The translations under genes and the position numbers were made by a program. Below, piece after piece: positions 36,533 to 45,493 of a stretch of DNA of 64,000 nucleotides. Source of the DNA: an uncultured Steroidobacteraceae bacterium (lineage in GTDB: Bacteria > Pseudomonadota > Gammaproteobacteria > Steroidobacterales > Steroidobacteraceae); NCBI GenBank assembly GCA_964553405.1, contig CAZKLS010000002.1, positions 3,842 through 67,841 on the forward strand, given 5' to 3'. The notes under the pieces are model-generated. The model was not told the DNA's origin, made no database searches, and saw only the letters and a program-made list of their open reading frames with translations. Numbering within the stretch: position 1 is the first letter of the stretch; each line of letters begins with the position of its first letter.

Positions 36533-37174
36533 TCAGGGCCGCAGCGAGCGCAGCGCCATGTCGAAGGCGTGACCGATGAACTGCTCGACCGCGATGCCTT
36601 CGTGCTCGATCTGGCCGCTCTTGGTCGCCGCGATCTGGATCACCCCGTGGGTGAATGCCCAGAGCGACAGCGCGGTCACGTACGGGTCGCCGAGGTCGGC
36701 ACGAATCGAGCCGTCCGCCATTCCCTGGTTCAGCGACTCGACGATCGTCTCGTGCACGCGGTGGCCCGCGTTCGCGCAGGCGACCTCGGTCGAGTCGGTG
36801 TTCGTGTCATCCGGGCCCACGTGGGCCTGGTACCGGGCGCAGGCGTCGAAGAAGTGGGGCAGCTCACGGGCGAATTCGACGTAGGCCCGGCCGATGGCCT
36901 CGACTGCGTCGAGGCCGGACCCCTTGCCGTGCCGGGCTGCGACGAAACGACCGCGGAGCGTGTCGAGCGCCCGCTCGACGAGCCCGAGGTGCAGGTCCGC
37001 CTTGTCGCGGAAATAGACGTACAGCAATCCGCGGCTCAGGCGGGCGCGCCGTGCAACACGTTCCATCGTGACGGCGTCCCAGCCCAGTTCGGCGTAGAGC
37101 GCTTCGGCAGCGTCGAGGATCTCGACCCTGCGACGGTCGCGTTCCTCCTGGCGACGTTCGGCGATGTACGACAT
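36533..37174 (-). CDS. TetR/AcrR-family repressor, first gene of the RND efflux operon
   Basis: ILDAAEALYAELGWDAVTMERVARRARLSRGLLYVYFRDK is the HTH. Confidence 0.85.
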   Translation of the reverse strand: MSYIAERRQEERDRRRVEILDAAEALYAELGWDAVTMERVARRARLSRGLLYVYFRDKADLHLGLVERALDTLRGRFVAARHGKGSGLDAVEAIGRAYVEFARELPHFFDACARYQAHVGPDDTNTDSTEVACANAGHRVHETIVESLNQGMADGSIRADLGDPYVTALSLWAFTHGVIQIAATKSGQIEHEGIAVEQFIGHAFDMALRSLRP

Positions 37175-37194
37175 TCATCCGTCCCGGTTGGTGT

Positions 37195-37207
37195 TGACAC
37201 AATGTCA
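37195..37207. promoter_or_regulatory. Candidate TetR operator overlapping the efflux-operon promoter
   Basis: Perfect palindrome TGACA-CAA-TGTCA. It is nested inside TTGACA (37194-37199) ... TGTCAA (37221-37226). On the minus strand TTGACA-N16-CATTGT forms a plausible sigma70 promoter. Confidence 0.4.
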
Positions 37208-37291
37208 GAAAATAGGCGTATGTCAATTTTTTGTAAAGATGTTCAGCACATCCCGCATCACACGCCCCCCGGTCCCGGGCGTCAGGGCTAT

Positions 37292-37303
37292 ACAAATATT
37301 TGT
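37292..37303. promoter_or_regulatory. AT-rich (10 of 12 nt A/T) 12-bp perfect palindrome upstream of dps (candidate Fur/PerR/OxyR-type site)
   Basis: ACAAATATTTGT is flanked by CTAT...ATAG, within the only strongly AT-rich island of the tetR-dps intergenic region. It lies about 135 nt upstream of the dps ATG. Confidence 0.35.
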
Positions 37304-37435
37304 TTTAAATAGTTTTTTGGCCGACACGGTGTCGCGATAGAGCGATCCCATCGCCTCGATAGCGAGGTTCTGTTGGGCCTGCCGGGACCGAACCAGACAA
37401 TGAAACCCACCAATTCACGGCGAAGGAGGTGCGAG

Positions 37436-37918
37436 ATGCACACGACCCGTATAGACCTGCCCCGCAAGGCCAGAGACAAGGTCATCGGCCTGCTCAACGC
37501 GAACCTGGCCGATGCGATCGACCTGCAACTGCAGGCGAAGCATGCCCACTGGAACGTCAAGGGCCCTCAATTCATCTCGCTGCACGAGCTCTTCGACGGT
37601 CTCGCGAGCTCGCTCGCCGGCCACGTCGACGAGATGGCCGAACGGGCGACGGCGCTCGGCGGCGTCGCCGGGGGCACGCTGCAGGTGGTCGCGGCGCGCA
37701 GCCGGCTGGAACCCTATCCGACCGAGATCAGCGAGGGGCGCGCACATCTCGACGCGCTCGCGGAGGCCCTCGCGCGGCTCGCGAAGTCGGTTCGCAAGGC
37801 GATCGACGACGCCGCGAAGGCCGGCGATGCCGACACCAGCGACCTGTTCACGGGTGTCTCGCGCGAGCTCGACAAGCAGCTCTGGCTGGTCGAGGCGCAC
37901 CTGCAGGCCGACCGCTGA
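37436..37918 (+). CDS. dps: Dps (DNA starvation/stationary-phase protection, ferritin-like)
   Basis: LNANLADAIDLQLQAKHAHWNVKGPQFISLHELFD. GGAGG RBS before the ATG at 37436. Confidence 0.9.
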   Translation: MHTTRIDLPRKARDKVIGLLNANLADAIDLQLQAKHAHWNVKGPQFISLHELFDGLASSLAGHVDEMAERATALGGVAGGTLQVVAARSRLEPYPTEISEGRAHLDALAEALARLAKSVRKAIDDAAKAGDADTSDLFTGVSRELDKQLWLVEAHLQADR

Positions 37919-37942
37919 ACGGCGGCCGGCGCGGGGCCGCGG

Positions 37943-39133
37943 TCAGCGCAGTTCTGCGTGCTCGACGACCACCGCGGCCGCGCGTCTTGCGGCGTCGCGT
38001 GCGCCGGCCAGGTCTGCGGCCCGGGCCAGCGCCACGCCCATCCGCCGCTTGCCACGCACCTCGGGTTTGCCGAACAGCCTCAGCTGCACGTCCGGTTCGG
38101 CCAGCGCGCGGTCGAGCGCATGAAAGCGGACGTCATTCGAGTCGCCCTGCAGCAGGATCGCGCAGGACGCGGCGGGCCCGAGCTGGCGTATCGCAGGCAC
38201 CGGAAGCCCGAGGATCGCCCTCACGTGCAGCGCGAACTCGGACAGGTCCTGCGAGACCAGCGTGACCAGCCCGGTGTCGTGGGGTCGCGGTGACACCTCG
38301 CTGAACCAGACCTGCTCGCCACGAACGAAGAACTCGACGCCGAAGATCCCTGCGCCGCCGAGTTCCGCGGTCACCGCGGCAGCGATCCGTTGCGCCTCGT
38401 CGAGCGCCGCCGCGCTCATCGGCTGCGGTTGCCAGGACTCGCGGTAGTCGCCGTCCACCTGCAGGTGCCCGATCGGTGCGCAAAAGCTCGTGCCCTGGGG
38501 ATGGCGCAACGTCAGCAGCGTGATCTCGTAGTCGAAGGCGACGAAGCCCTCGACGATCACGCGTCCTGCGCCGGCGCGTCCCGCGGACTGTGCCAGCCGC
38601 CAGGCGGCCTCGGCCTCGCCCGGACTGCGGATCACGCTCTGGCCCTTGCCCGATGAACTCATCACCGGCTTCACGACACAGGGCAGCCCGATCGCCTCCA
38701 CGGCCTCGAGGAACTCCTGCGGGTCGCCGGCGAAGCGATACGGCGAAGTGGCGAGTCCGAGCGTCTCGGCCGCGAGCCTGCGTATGCCCTCGCGGTCCAT
38801 GGTCAGCCGGGCGGCCCGGGCGGTCGGGATGACTCGTACGCCTTCGCGTTCGAGCTCGATCAGCGCTGGCGTCGCGATCGCCTCGATCTCGGGGACGACG
38901 AGCGAGGGCCGCTCACGCAGCACCAGCTCCCGAAGCGCGACGGGGTCGAGCATGTCGAGCACGACCGAGCGATGGGCGACCTGCATCGCCGGCGCATTCG
39001 CGTAGCGGTCCGCGGCGACGACTTCGACGCCGAGTCGCTGCGCCTCGATGGCGACTTCCTTGCCCAGTTCACCGGATCCGAGCAGCAGCAGCCGGGTGGC
39101 GGAAGCAGACAGCGGCGTGCCGAGCGAAGTCAT
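37943..39133 (-). CDS. purT: Formate-dependent phosphoribosylglycinamide formyltransferase (GAR transformylase 2)
   Basis: [38 protein letters not shown]... matches the E. coli PurT N-terminus closely. Alternative start at 39142. Confidence 0.9.
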   Translation of the reverse strand: MTSLGTPLSASATRLLLLGSGELGKEVAIEAQRLGVEVVAADRYANAPAMQVAHRSVVLDMLDPVALRELVLRERPSLVVPEIEAIATPALIELEREGVRVIPTARAARLTMDREGIRRLAAETLGLATSPYRFAGDPQEFLEAVEAIGLPCVVKPVMSSSGKGQSVIRSPGEAEAAWRLAQSAGRAGAGRVIVEGFVAFDYEITLLTLRHPQGTSFCAPIGHLQVDGDYRESWQPQPMSAAALDEAQRIAAAVTAELGGAGIFGVEFFVRGEQVWFSEVSPRPHDTGLVTLVSQDLSEFALHVRAILGLPVPAIRQLGPAASCAILLQGDSNDVRFHALDRALAEPDVQLRLFGKPEVRGKRRMGVALARAADLAGARDAARRAAAVVVEHAELR

Positions 39134-39179
39134 GCCCGGCATCCTACCTGCAGGGCCGGGTCCGGGCGAGGCGGGCGGC

Positions 39180-41159
39180 TCAACCCATCAGCAGCTTCGA
39201 TTCGCTGATCTCCAGCTGCTCGGGCGTGCCGTAGAGCACCAGCACGTCGCCCTCTCGCAGCAGCGTCTCCGGATCGGGGTCCCGTCCGACGATCCCGTCG
39301 CGACGCAGCGCGTTGACGACGACCTCGCCCTCGTGCAGCCCGAGGCGCCGGATGCTCTGCCCGACCGCATGGGCGCCGGGCGGCAGTATCACGGTGCGCA
39401 ACTGCTGGCGGAGCGAGTGGGTCTCGTCGATCGCGCGGGCGTCCGGCCTGCGGAAGACGCTGCGGAGGATCCCGTAGCGATCGTGCCGGATCTCGTCGGT
39501 CAGCTGCACGACCTCGCGCATCGGCGTGTTCAGGAACAGCAGCGCATGGGAGACGAGCGACAGGCTGGTTTCGAACGTCGCCGGTATCACTTCCGTGGCC
39601 CCGGCCGCCAGCAGCTCGTCGAGCTTGCTGTCGTCCTCGTCGCGCACCAGGATCGGCACGTCCGCGCGCATCCGGCGGACCACGCGGATGATCCTGAGCG
39701 CCGTGTCCGGCGCATGGAACGAGACGACGACCACGCTGGCCTGGGCGAGGCCCAGCGACTCCAGGACCTCGGGGTGCGCCGAGTCGCCGTAAACGACGGG
39801 GTCGCCCGCCTGGCGGGCCTCGCGGACCCGGTGCGGGTCCAGGTCCAGCGCGATGAACTCGAAGCCGCGCTGCTCCAGCACCCGCGCCAGGTTCTGGCCG
39901 ACCCGACCGAAGCCGCAGATGATGACGTGCTCGCGGCGTGCGAGGTCCCGGGTCGCCGCGGTCTCGAGCGCAACCTCCGAGGGGTCCACAGTCCGCCGGC
40001 GCAGCAGCCGGTCCGCGATCCGGCCGTTGTAGCGCACCAGCAGCGGTCCGAGCATCATGCTCAGCACGATCGCGGTCAGCAGCGCCTGCACGATCGCGCC
40101 GTCCACGGCCCGGGCGTTGAGCAGCACCGTCAGCAGCGCGAAGCCGAACTCGCCGCCCATCGACATGATCACGCCGGTGCGCAGCGCCTTGTGGGAGTTC
40201 GGCACGAACCGCTTGACGACGACGAACACGATCAACGCCTTGACGACCAGCAGCGCGGCGAGCAGCAGCAGCACGAGCGGCAGCTGCGAGAACAGCAGCC
40301 GCAGGTCCAGCAGCATGCCGACCGAGATGAAGAAGAGCCCCAGCAGGATGTCCTGAAAGGGCTTGATGACGGCCTCTGTCTGGTGACGGAACTCGGTCTC
40401 GGCCAGCAGCATGCCCGCGAGGAACGCGCCCAGCGCCATCGACAGGCCCAGCTCGTGCGTCGCCCAGGCGGCTCCGAGCGCCACGAACAGCACGGTCAGC
40501 GTGAAGGTCTCCGAGCTGCGGTGGCGGGCGATCTCGTGGAACAGCGGCCGCAACAGCCAGCGTCCGAGGATCAGCACGACCAGCAGCGCAAGCAGCGCCC
40601 GCCCGACCATGCCCAGCAGCCAGGCCGGGCTGAGCACCTCGCCGCCGCCGGACACCGCGCTCGCGAGCGCGAGCAGCGGCACGAAGGCGAGATCCTGGAA
40701 CAGCAGGATGCCGAGCGACAGCCGCGCGTGGGTCCTGTTCAGCTCCAGCTGTTCCCCGAGCTGCCTGAGCACGATGGCGGTCGAGGACATCGCGATCGCG
40801 CCGCCGAGGACGATGGCGACCGGGACCGGGATCCCGAGGGCCCAGGCGGCCCCGCCGAAGACGGCGGTCGTCAGCAGGACCTGCAGGCCGCCGATGCCGA
40901 ACACCTCGGCCTTCATCGCGACCATCCGGGCCAGCGAGAACTCGAGTCCCAGCGTGAACACCAGGAATACGACGCCGAACTCGGCCAGCAGCCGGATCGC
41001 CTCGTCGTCCGCGGCGAGCCCGAGCGCATGCGGGCCGAGCAGCATCCCGACGACCAGGTAACCGAGGATCGGCGGCAGCGCGAAACGCCGCACGAGGCTC
41101 AGCACCAGGACCGAGCCGGCCAGAAGAATCAGGATCTGAGAGAGAATCTCGCCGGCCAT
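39180..41159 (-). CDS. CPA2-family monovalent cation:proton antiporter with TrkA-N/TrkA-C (RCK) domains (Kef/YbaL-like)
   Basis: 659 aa. Na_H exchanger TM core, then [15 protein letters not shown] (Rossmann RCK) and a C-terminal TrkA-C-like block. Confidence 0.85.
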   Translation of the reverse strand: MAGEILSQILILLAGSVLVLSLVRRFALPPILGYLVVGMLLGPHALGLAADDEAIRLLAEFGVVFLVFTLGLEFSLARMVAMKAEVFGIGGLQVLLTTAVFGGAAWALGIPVPVAIVLGGAIAMSSTAIVLRQLGEQLELNRTHARLSLGILLFQDLAFVPLLALASAVSGGGEVLSPAWLLGMVGRALLALLVVLILGRWLLRPLFHEIARHRSSETFTLTVLFVALGAAWATHELGLSMALGAFLAGMLLAETEFRHQTEAVIKPFQDILLGLFFISVGMLLDLRLLFSQLPLVLLLLAALLVVKALIVFVVVKRFVPNSHKALRTGVIMSMGGEFGFALLTVLLNARAVDGAIVQALLTAIVLSMMLGPLLVRYNGRIADRLLRRRTVDPSEVALETAATRDLARREHVIICGFGRVGQNLARVLEQRGFEFIALDLDPHRVREARQAGDPVVYGDSAHPEVLESLGLAQASVVVVSFHAPDTALRIIRVVRRMRADVPILVRDEDDSKLDELLAAGATEVIPATFETSLSLVSHALLFLNTPMREVVQLTDEIRHDRYGILRSVFRRPDARAIDETHSLRQQLRTVILPPGAHAVGQSIRRLGLHEGEVVVNALRRDGIVGRDPDPETLLREGDVLVLYGTPEQLEISESKLLMG

Positions 41160-41283
41160 CGCCCCTCACCCGTCGTGCGTTGCGATGCTAGCATTCCGGC
41201 GGCTTACGCTTCGCCGATGGAGGTGCCACGATGCGCGAGTCCTTCCCGTCACGGACGGTCTGCCGCAGGAGCTAGGTACCCGA

Positions 41284-42399
41284 ATGGGATTCCAGGCCGA
41301 CTTCGACCCGGCCGCCTCCCGGCTGCGGCTTGCGGGAGACCTCCGCATGGCCGACGCCGCGCAACTCGAGCCGGTGCTGCGCGAGGCGGAGCGCACCCGT
41401 TCGCCGGAGCTGCTGCTCGACCTGCGTTCGGTGGGCGAGACCGACATCGGGCCCGCCTGGCTGATCCGCTGTGCGCTCGAACGCCTCGCTGCGCGCGGCG
41501 TGAGCGTTCGTACCGAAGGGGCTGCTGGCGAGCATTCGGCCTACCTCGACCGGCTCGCGGGCGAGCAGCTGGGGGCGCTGGCGGCGCCTGCAAGGAGCAC
41601 GCCGCAGCGCTGGCTGATCGACCTCGGGCGCGCCATCGAGGCGCGGGTGATCAGCTGGGTGGAGGCGTTGACCTTCGGCGGCCAGCTGATCGCGACGGCG
41701 TCCACGGCCTGGACGAGCCTGCGCCGCTGGCGCGTGCCGTCCGTCGTGCGCCACGTCTACGAGACCGGCGTGCAGGCCATCCCGGTCGTGGCGGTGATCG
41801 CCTTCCTGATCAGCGTGATTTCGGCTTACATCGGCGCGCAGCAGCTGCGCCCGTTCGGCGCCGAGATATTCACCGTGGACCTGGTCGCGATCGGCGTGCT
41901 GCGCGAACTCGGCGTGCTGCTCACGGCGATCATGGTCGCGGGCCGCACCGGCAGCGCCTACGCGGCCGAGCTCGGCGTGATGAAGCTCAACGACGAGGTC
42001 GACGCGCTCGAGTCGATGGGCATCAATCCCTACGAGGTCCTGGTGCTGCCGCGGGTCCTGGCGCTGGTGATCGCGCTGCCGCTGCTCACCGTCGTCGCGG
42101 ACGCGATGGGCCTCGCCGGCGGCGCTCTGCTCACCCGGTACCTGATCGACCTGCCCTGGCCGCAGTTCGTCATGCGGCTCGATTCGGCCATCGGCGCGAC
42201 GACCTTCTGGGCGGGACTCGTCAAGGCGCCCGTGTTCGGTTTGCTGATCGCGTTGACCGGCACGTTGCGCGGCCTGCAGGTCAGGGAGTCTTCCCGCGAG
42301 CTGGGACGGCTGACGACCGTGGCCGTCGTGCAGTCGATCTTCCTGGTGATCTTCGCCGACGCCATCTTCGCGATCTTCTTCCTCGAGATCGACTTCTGA
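41284..42399 (+). CDS. MlaE-family ABC permease with N-terminal STAS (MlaB-like) domain
   Basis: N-terminus: RLRLAGDLRMADAAQLEPVL...LLLDLRSVGETDIGPAWL (STAS/anti-sigma-antagonist-like). The MlaE core follows (ISAYIGAQQLRPFGAEIFTVDLV...). Confidence 0.8.
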   Translation: MGFQADFDPAASRLRLAGDLRMADAAQLEPVLREAERTRSPELLLDLRSVGETDIGPAWLIRCALERLAARGVSVRTEGAAGEHSAYLDRLAGEQLGALAAPARSTPQRWLIDLGRAIEARVISWVEALTFGGQLIATASTAWTSLRRWRVPSVVRHVYETGVQAIPVVAVIAFLISVISAYIGAQQLRPFGAEIFTVDLVAIGVLRELGVLLTAIMVAGRTGSAYAAELGVMKLNDEVDALESMGINPYEVLVLPRVLALVIALPLLTVVADAMGLAGGALLTRYLIDLPWPQFVMRLDSAIGATTFWAGLVKAPVFGLLIALTGTLRGLQVRESSRELGRLTTVAVVQSIFLVIFADAIFAIFFLEIDF

Positions 42400-43184
42400 T
42401 GGACCAGGTCCCGCCGGTCATACGCGTCCGCGATCTGGTCAACCGGTTCGGCACGCAGCTGGTGCACGACGGGGTCAGCTTCGACGTGCATGCCGGCGAG
42501 ATATTCGGCATCGTCGGCGGCTCGGGCAGCGGCAAGTCCGTGTTGCTGAAGACGATGCTGGGCCTGCATCGGCCGAATTCCGGCACCGTCGAGGTCGAGG
42601 GACGCGACATCCTCGCGATGAGCGAGCGCGAGTTGCGCGAGGTCAAGCGCCGCTACGGCGTCACCTTCCAGCACGGGGCCCTGTTCACCTCGCTGTCGGT
42701 GGCGGAGAACGTGATCCTGCCGATCGCGGAGGCGGCCGACCTCTCCGAGCAGACGCTGAACGAGCTGGTCGAGCTGCGGCTGCGCATGGTCGGCCTGCCG
42801 CTCGATGCCGCTCGGAAGTTCCCGGCGCAACTGTCGGGCGGCATGGTGAAGCGCGCGGCGCTCGCGCGGGCACTGGCTCTGGACCCGCCGCTGCTGTTCC
42901 TGGACGAACCGACCGCCGGGCTCGATCCGATCGCGGCGACCGCCTTCGACGACCTGGTGATCTACCTGCGCGAGACGCTCGAGCTCACCGTGGTGATGGT
43001 CACCCACGATCTGGACACCCTCGCGAGGACATGCGACCGTGTCGGCGTACTCGTCGACCGCAAGCTGGTGGTGGACACGCTGGAGGGGATCGTGAAGAGC
43101 GAGCACCCGTGGATCCGGGAATATTTCCACGGAGCACGCGGCAGGTCGGTCGAGGATCCGGCGGAGGGCAAGGATGGAACGTGA
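42399..43184 (+). CDS. ABC transporter ATP-binding protein (MlaF-like)
   Basis: GGSGSGKSVLLK Walker A, LSGGMVKRAALARAL signature, LLFLDEPTAGLD Walker B. The start overlaps the upstream stop (TGATG). Confidence 0.85.
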   Translation: MDQVPPVIRVRDLVNRFGTQLVHDGVSFDVHAGEIFGIVGGSGSGKSVLLKTMLGLHRPNSGTVEVEGRDILAMSERELREVKRRYGVTFQHGALFTSLSVAENVILPIAEAADLSEQTLNELVELRLRMVGLPLDAARKFPAQLSGGMVKRAALARALALDPPLLFLDEPTAGLDPIAATAFDDLVIYLRETLELTVVMVTHDLDTLARTCDRVGVLVDRKLVVDTLEGIVKSEHPWIREYFHGARGRSVEDPAEGKDGT

Positions 43185-44109
43185 CGCGAAATACGCGGCC
43201 GTCGCGACCTTCGCGCTGCTGGTGCTGGCCGCGGCCTTCGCGTTCGTCTGGTGGTACTCGGGCCGGGGCGACCGCCGGGTGTACGAGCTCTACGAGGTCT
43301 ACTTCGACGGCTCGGTCAGCGGTCTCGCCCAGGGCAGCCCGGTGCGATACCTGGGCGTCGACGTGGGTCGCGTGGAAAACCTGCGCGTGGACACGAAGAA
43401 CCCGGGCCGGGTGAAGATCCTGGCCGAGATCGACTCGACGGCGCCGATCTCCGGCGCGACCCGTGCGAGGCTGGGCCTGCTGGGGCTGACCGGCCTGTTG
43501 TACATCGACCTGCAACTCGAGCCGGATGCGGACTCGGCCCAGCCGCTCGCGATGGGCGACCGCTATCCGGTGATCCTCTCGCGCAAGGGCGACATCGAGG
43601 CGTTCCTCGAGCGGCTGCCGGACCTGGTCGGCGACGTGGGCGCCGTGGTCGAGCGGATAGAGCGCGTCCTGTCCGACGAGAACATCGCCGCGGTCCGTGG
43701 TGCGCTCGCGGGTCTCGAGGAGACCTCGCGCGGGTTGCCCGCCGTGGCCTCCGAGGCGCAGGCGCTGCTGGCCGAGCTGCGCGCGGCATCCCGCGATACC
43801 GGCGCGCTGCTCGAGCAGGCGAACGGCCTGCTCGACAGTTCCGGTCCGCAGCTTGCGGCATCGTTCGACAGCCTGCGGACGGCGACGGAGCGAGTCGCCT
43901 CGCTCGCGGCGAGCGTCGAGCGGGTGGTCGCCGCGAACGAGTCCAGCCTGGCGGGCTTCGCCGGCGGCGGTCTCGTCGAGTTCCAGCAACTGCTCGTTGA
44001 CCTGCGCCAGGCGAGCGCGGAAGTCCAGGGACTCGCGAGCAGCCTGCGGGAGAACCCGTCCAGCCTGCTGCGCGAGCGTGAGGAAACGGGCGTGGAGATA
44101 GCACCATGA
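43174..44109 (+). CDS. MlaD/MCE-domain substrate-binding protein
   Basis: N-terminal TM, then YEVYFDGSVSGLAQGSPVRYLGVDVGRVENLRVD (MCE). 11-nt overlap with the ATPase gene. Confidence 0.8.
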   Translation: MERDAKYAAVATFALLVLAAAFAFVWWYSGRGDRRVYELYEVYFDGSVSGLAQGSPVRYLGVDVGRVENLRVDTKNPGRVKILAEIDSTAPISGATRARLGLLGLTGLLYIDLQLEPDADSAQPLAMGDRYPVILSRKGDIEAFLERLPDLVGDVGAVVERIERVLSDENIAAVRGALAGLEETSRGLPAVASEAQALLAELRAASRDTGALLEQANGLLDSSGPQLAASFDSLRTATERVASLAASVERVVAANESSLAGFAGGGLVEFQQLLVDLRQASAEVQGLASSLRENPSSLLREREETGVEIAP

Positions 44110-44723
44110 AGCGCGTCGCGTCGATCCTGGTCGTCGCGCTGGCCTGCAGCGCCTGTTCGGGCGGCCTGCTGAAGTCGGACGCCGAGCCGCCCGACGTCTA
44201 CCGTCTCAGTGCGACCGAGGTGCAGCACGGCGGCCAGACGCTCGGGCTGGCGCTGGCCGTCGCGAGGCCCCGTGCTCCAGCGGCACTGGACACGGACCGA
44301 CTGGCGGTGGTCAAGCCGGGACTGGGATTCGACTACTTCGCCGGCATGCGCTGGGCAGAACCGGCGCCGTCGATGCTGCAGCAGCTGCTGGTGCAGGCGC
44401 TCGCGGCCGACGGCCGGTTCGCGACCACCGTGGCCGCACCGAGCCGCGTCCCGACCGAGCTGCTGCTCGACGTCGAGTTGCGCCGGTTCGAGGCTGTCGA
44501 TGCGGGGGAAGGGCAGGCGCCGCGCGTGGACGTGGAGATCCAGGCCAGCCTGGTGGATCTGCGTGACCGACGACGGGTCGGGAGCTTCTCCGCGGTGGCG
44601 TCGACGACGGCGAGCGAGCGCCGCCGCCCGGCGCTGATCCGCGCGTTCCAGCAGGCGACCGACGCGGCGGTCGGCACGCTGCTCGGCGAACTGCGCGAGT
44701 CTTCGGCAGAACTGCGTCGCTGA
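44106..44723 (+). CDS. ABC-transport auxiliary lipoprotein (DUF330/PqiC-YmbA-like)
   Basis: ILVVALACSACSG lipobox. ATGA overlap with the mlaD-like stop. Confidence 0.7.
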   Translation: MKRVASILVVALACSACSGGLLKSDAEPPDVYRLSATEVQHGGQTLGLALAVARPRAPAALDTDRLAVVKPGLGFDYFAGMRWAEPAPSMLQQLLVQALAADGRFATTVAAPSRVPTELLLDVELRRFEAVDAGEGQAPRVDVEIQASLVDLRDRRRVGSFSAVASTTASERRRPALIRAFQQATDAAVGTLLGELRESSAELRR

Positions 44724-44725
44724 GG

Positions 44726-45493
44726 TTGCCGAACCCTGCAGCTGTTCGCCGCTGGACCGCGCTGCACGCGGCGTGCTGCGCCTTGCTGCTCGTCGCGGCC
44801 GCGTTGCAGGCCGAAGTGCCGCACGCGGTGCTGACCGGCTACGTCAGCCGCGTCATGGATGGCGACAGCCTGATCCTGCGGTCCTCGGGCAGGGACGTCG
44901 AAGTGCGGCTCGCCGAAATCGATACGCCTGAGAAGGGGCAGCCGTACGCCGAGAACGCCAGGCGTGCGCTGCAGGGCATGCTGCTCGGGCGGCGCGTGCG
45001 GGCCGAGGTGCTCGAGCGCGACCGCTACGGCCGGGCCGTGGCCCGGGTCTACCGCCTGCCGGAAGGCGTCTGGATCAACGAGGAACTCGTCCGGCGCGGG
45101 CATGCCTGGGTCTACCGGCGTTACGCACGGGATCCGCGGCTGTACGAGGTCGAGCGCGAAGCCCGCGAGCACCGTCGCGGCCTGTGGGCATTGCCCGAGG
45201 CCGAGCGGGAAGCGCCGTGGAAGTGGCGAAAGGCGCATCCAGCCCCTGCCCGGCGGGATCAGGCGGCGAGCATCTCCAGCCGGCGCTCGAGTTCGAACGG
45301 GTCGCGGACGATCGTGCAACGCTCCGGTGTCGCAGCGGCGTCGAGGCGTTCGACCGCTGAGCCGCCGAGCCAGACGGCCTGTTCAGGCGTGATTCCGGCG
45401 ACGAGTTCACGCAGCGCTTCGCTCAGCACCGGCAACCCGTCCTGGAGAACGACGCTGAGCGCGACGACACTGGCGCCGACCTCGCGTGCATAA
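44726..45493 (+). CDS. Secreted thermonuclease (SNase-like) with an about 80-aa Ser/Arg/Thr-rich C-terminal extension
   Basis: TTG start and a signal peptide. SNase core: VMDGDSLILRS...VRLAEIDTPEKGQPY...RYGRAVARVY...NEELVRRGHAWVY...REHRRGLW. There is no in-frame stop until 45493, so the tail is antisense to the 3' end of the next gene. Confidence 0.7.
   Translation: MPNPAAVRRWTALHAACCALLLVAAALQAEVPHAVLTGYVSRVMDGDSLILRSSGRDVEVRLAEIDTPEKGQPYAENARRALQGMLLGRRVRAEVLERDRYGRAVARVYRLPEGVWINEELVRRGHAWVYRRYARDPRLYEVEREAREHRRGLWALPEAEREAPWKWRKAHPAPARRDQAASISSRRSSSNGSRTIVQRSGVAAASRRSTAEPPSQTACSGVIPATSSRSASLSTGNPSWRTTLSATTLAPTSRA

Noticed and set aside
23966-41192. Palindromic GATGCTAGCA occurring twice (about 23967 and 41183)
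   Set aside because: Only two copies, in unrelated contexts. This is consistent with chance and is not a repeat family.
39048-42398. Upstream ~1100 codons of the 1378-aa plus-strand ORF (39048-43184)
   Set aside because: Only the last 261 codons (the MlaF-like ATPase, from ATG 42399) look like a real protein. The remainder is antisense to the Kef antiporter or out of frame with the MlaE-like gene, and is low-complexity.
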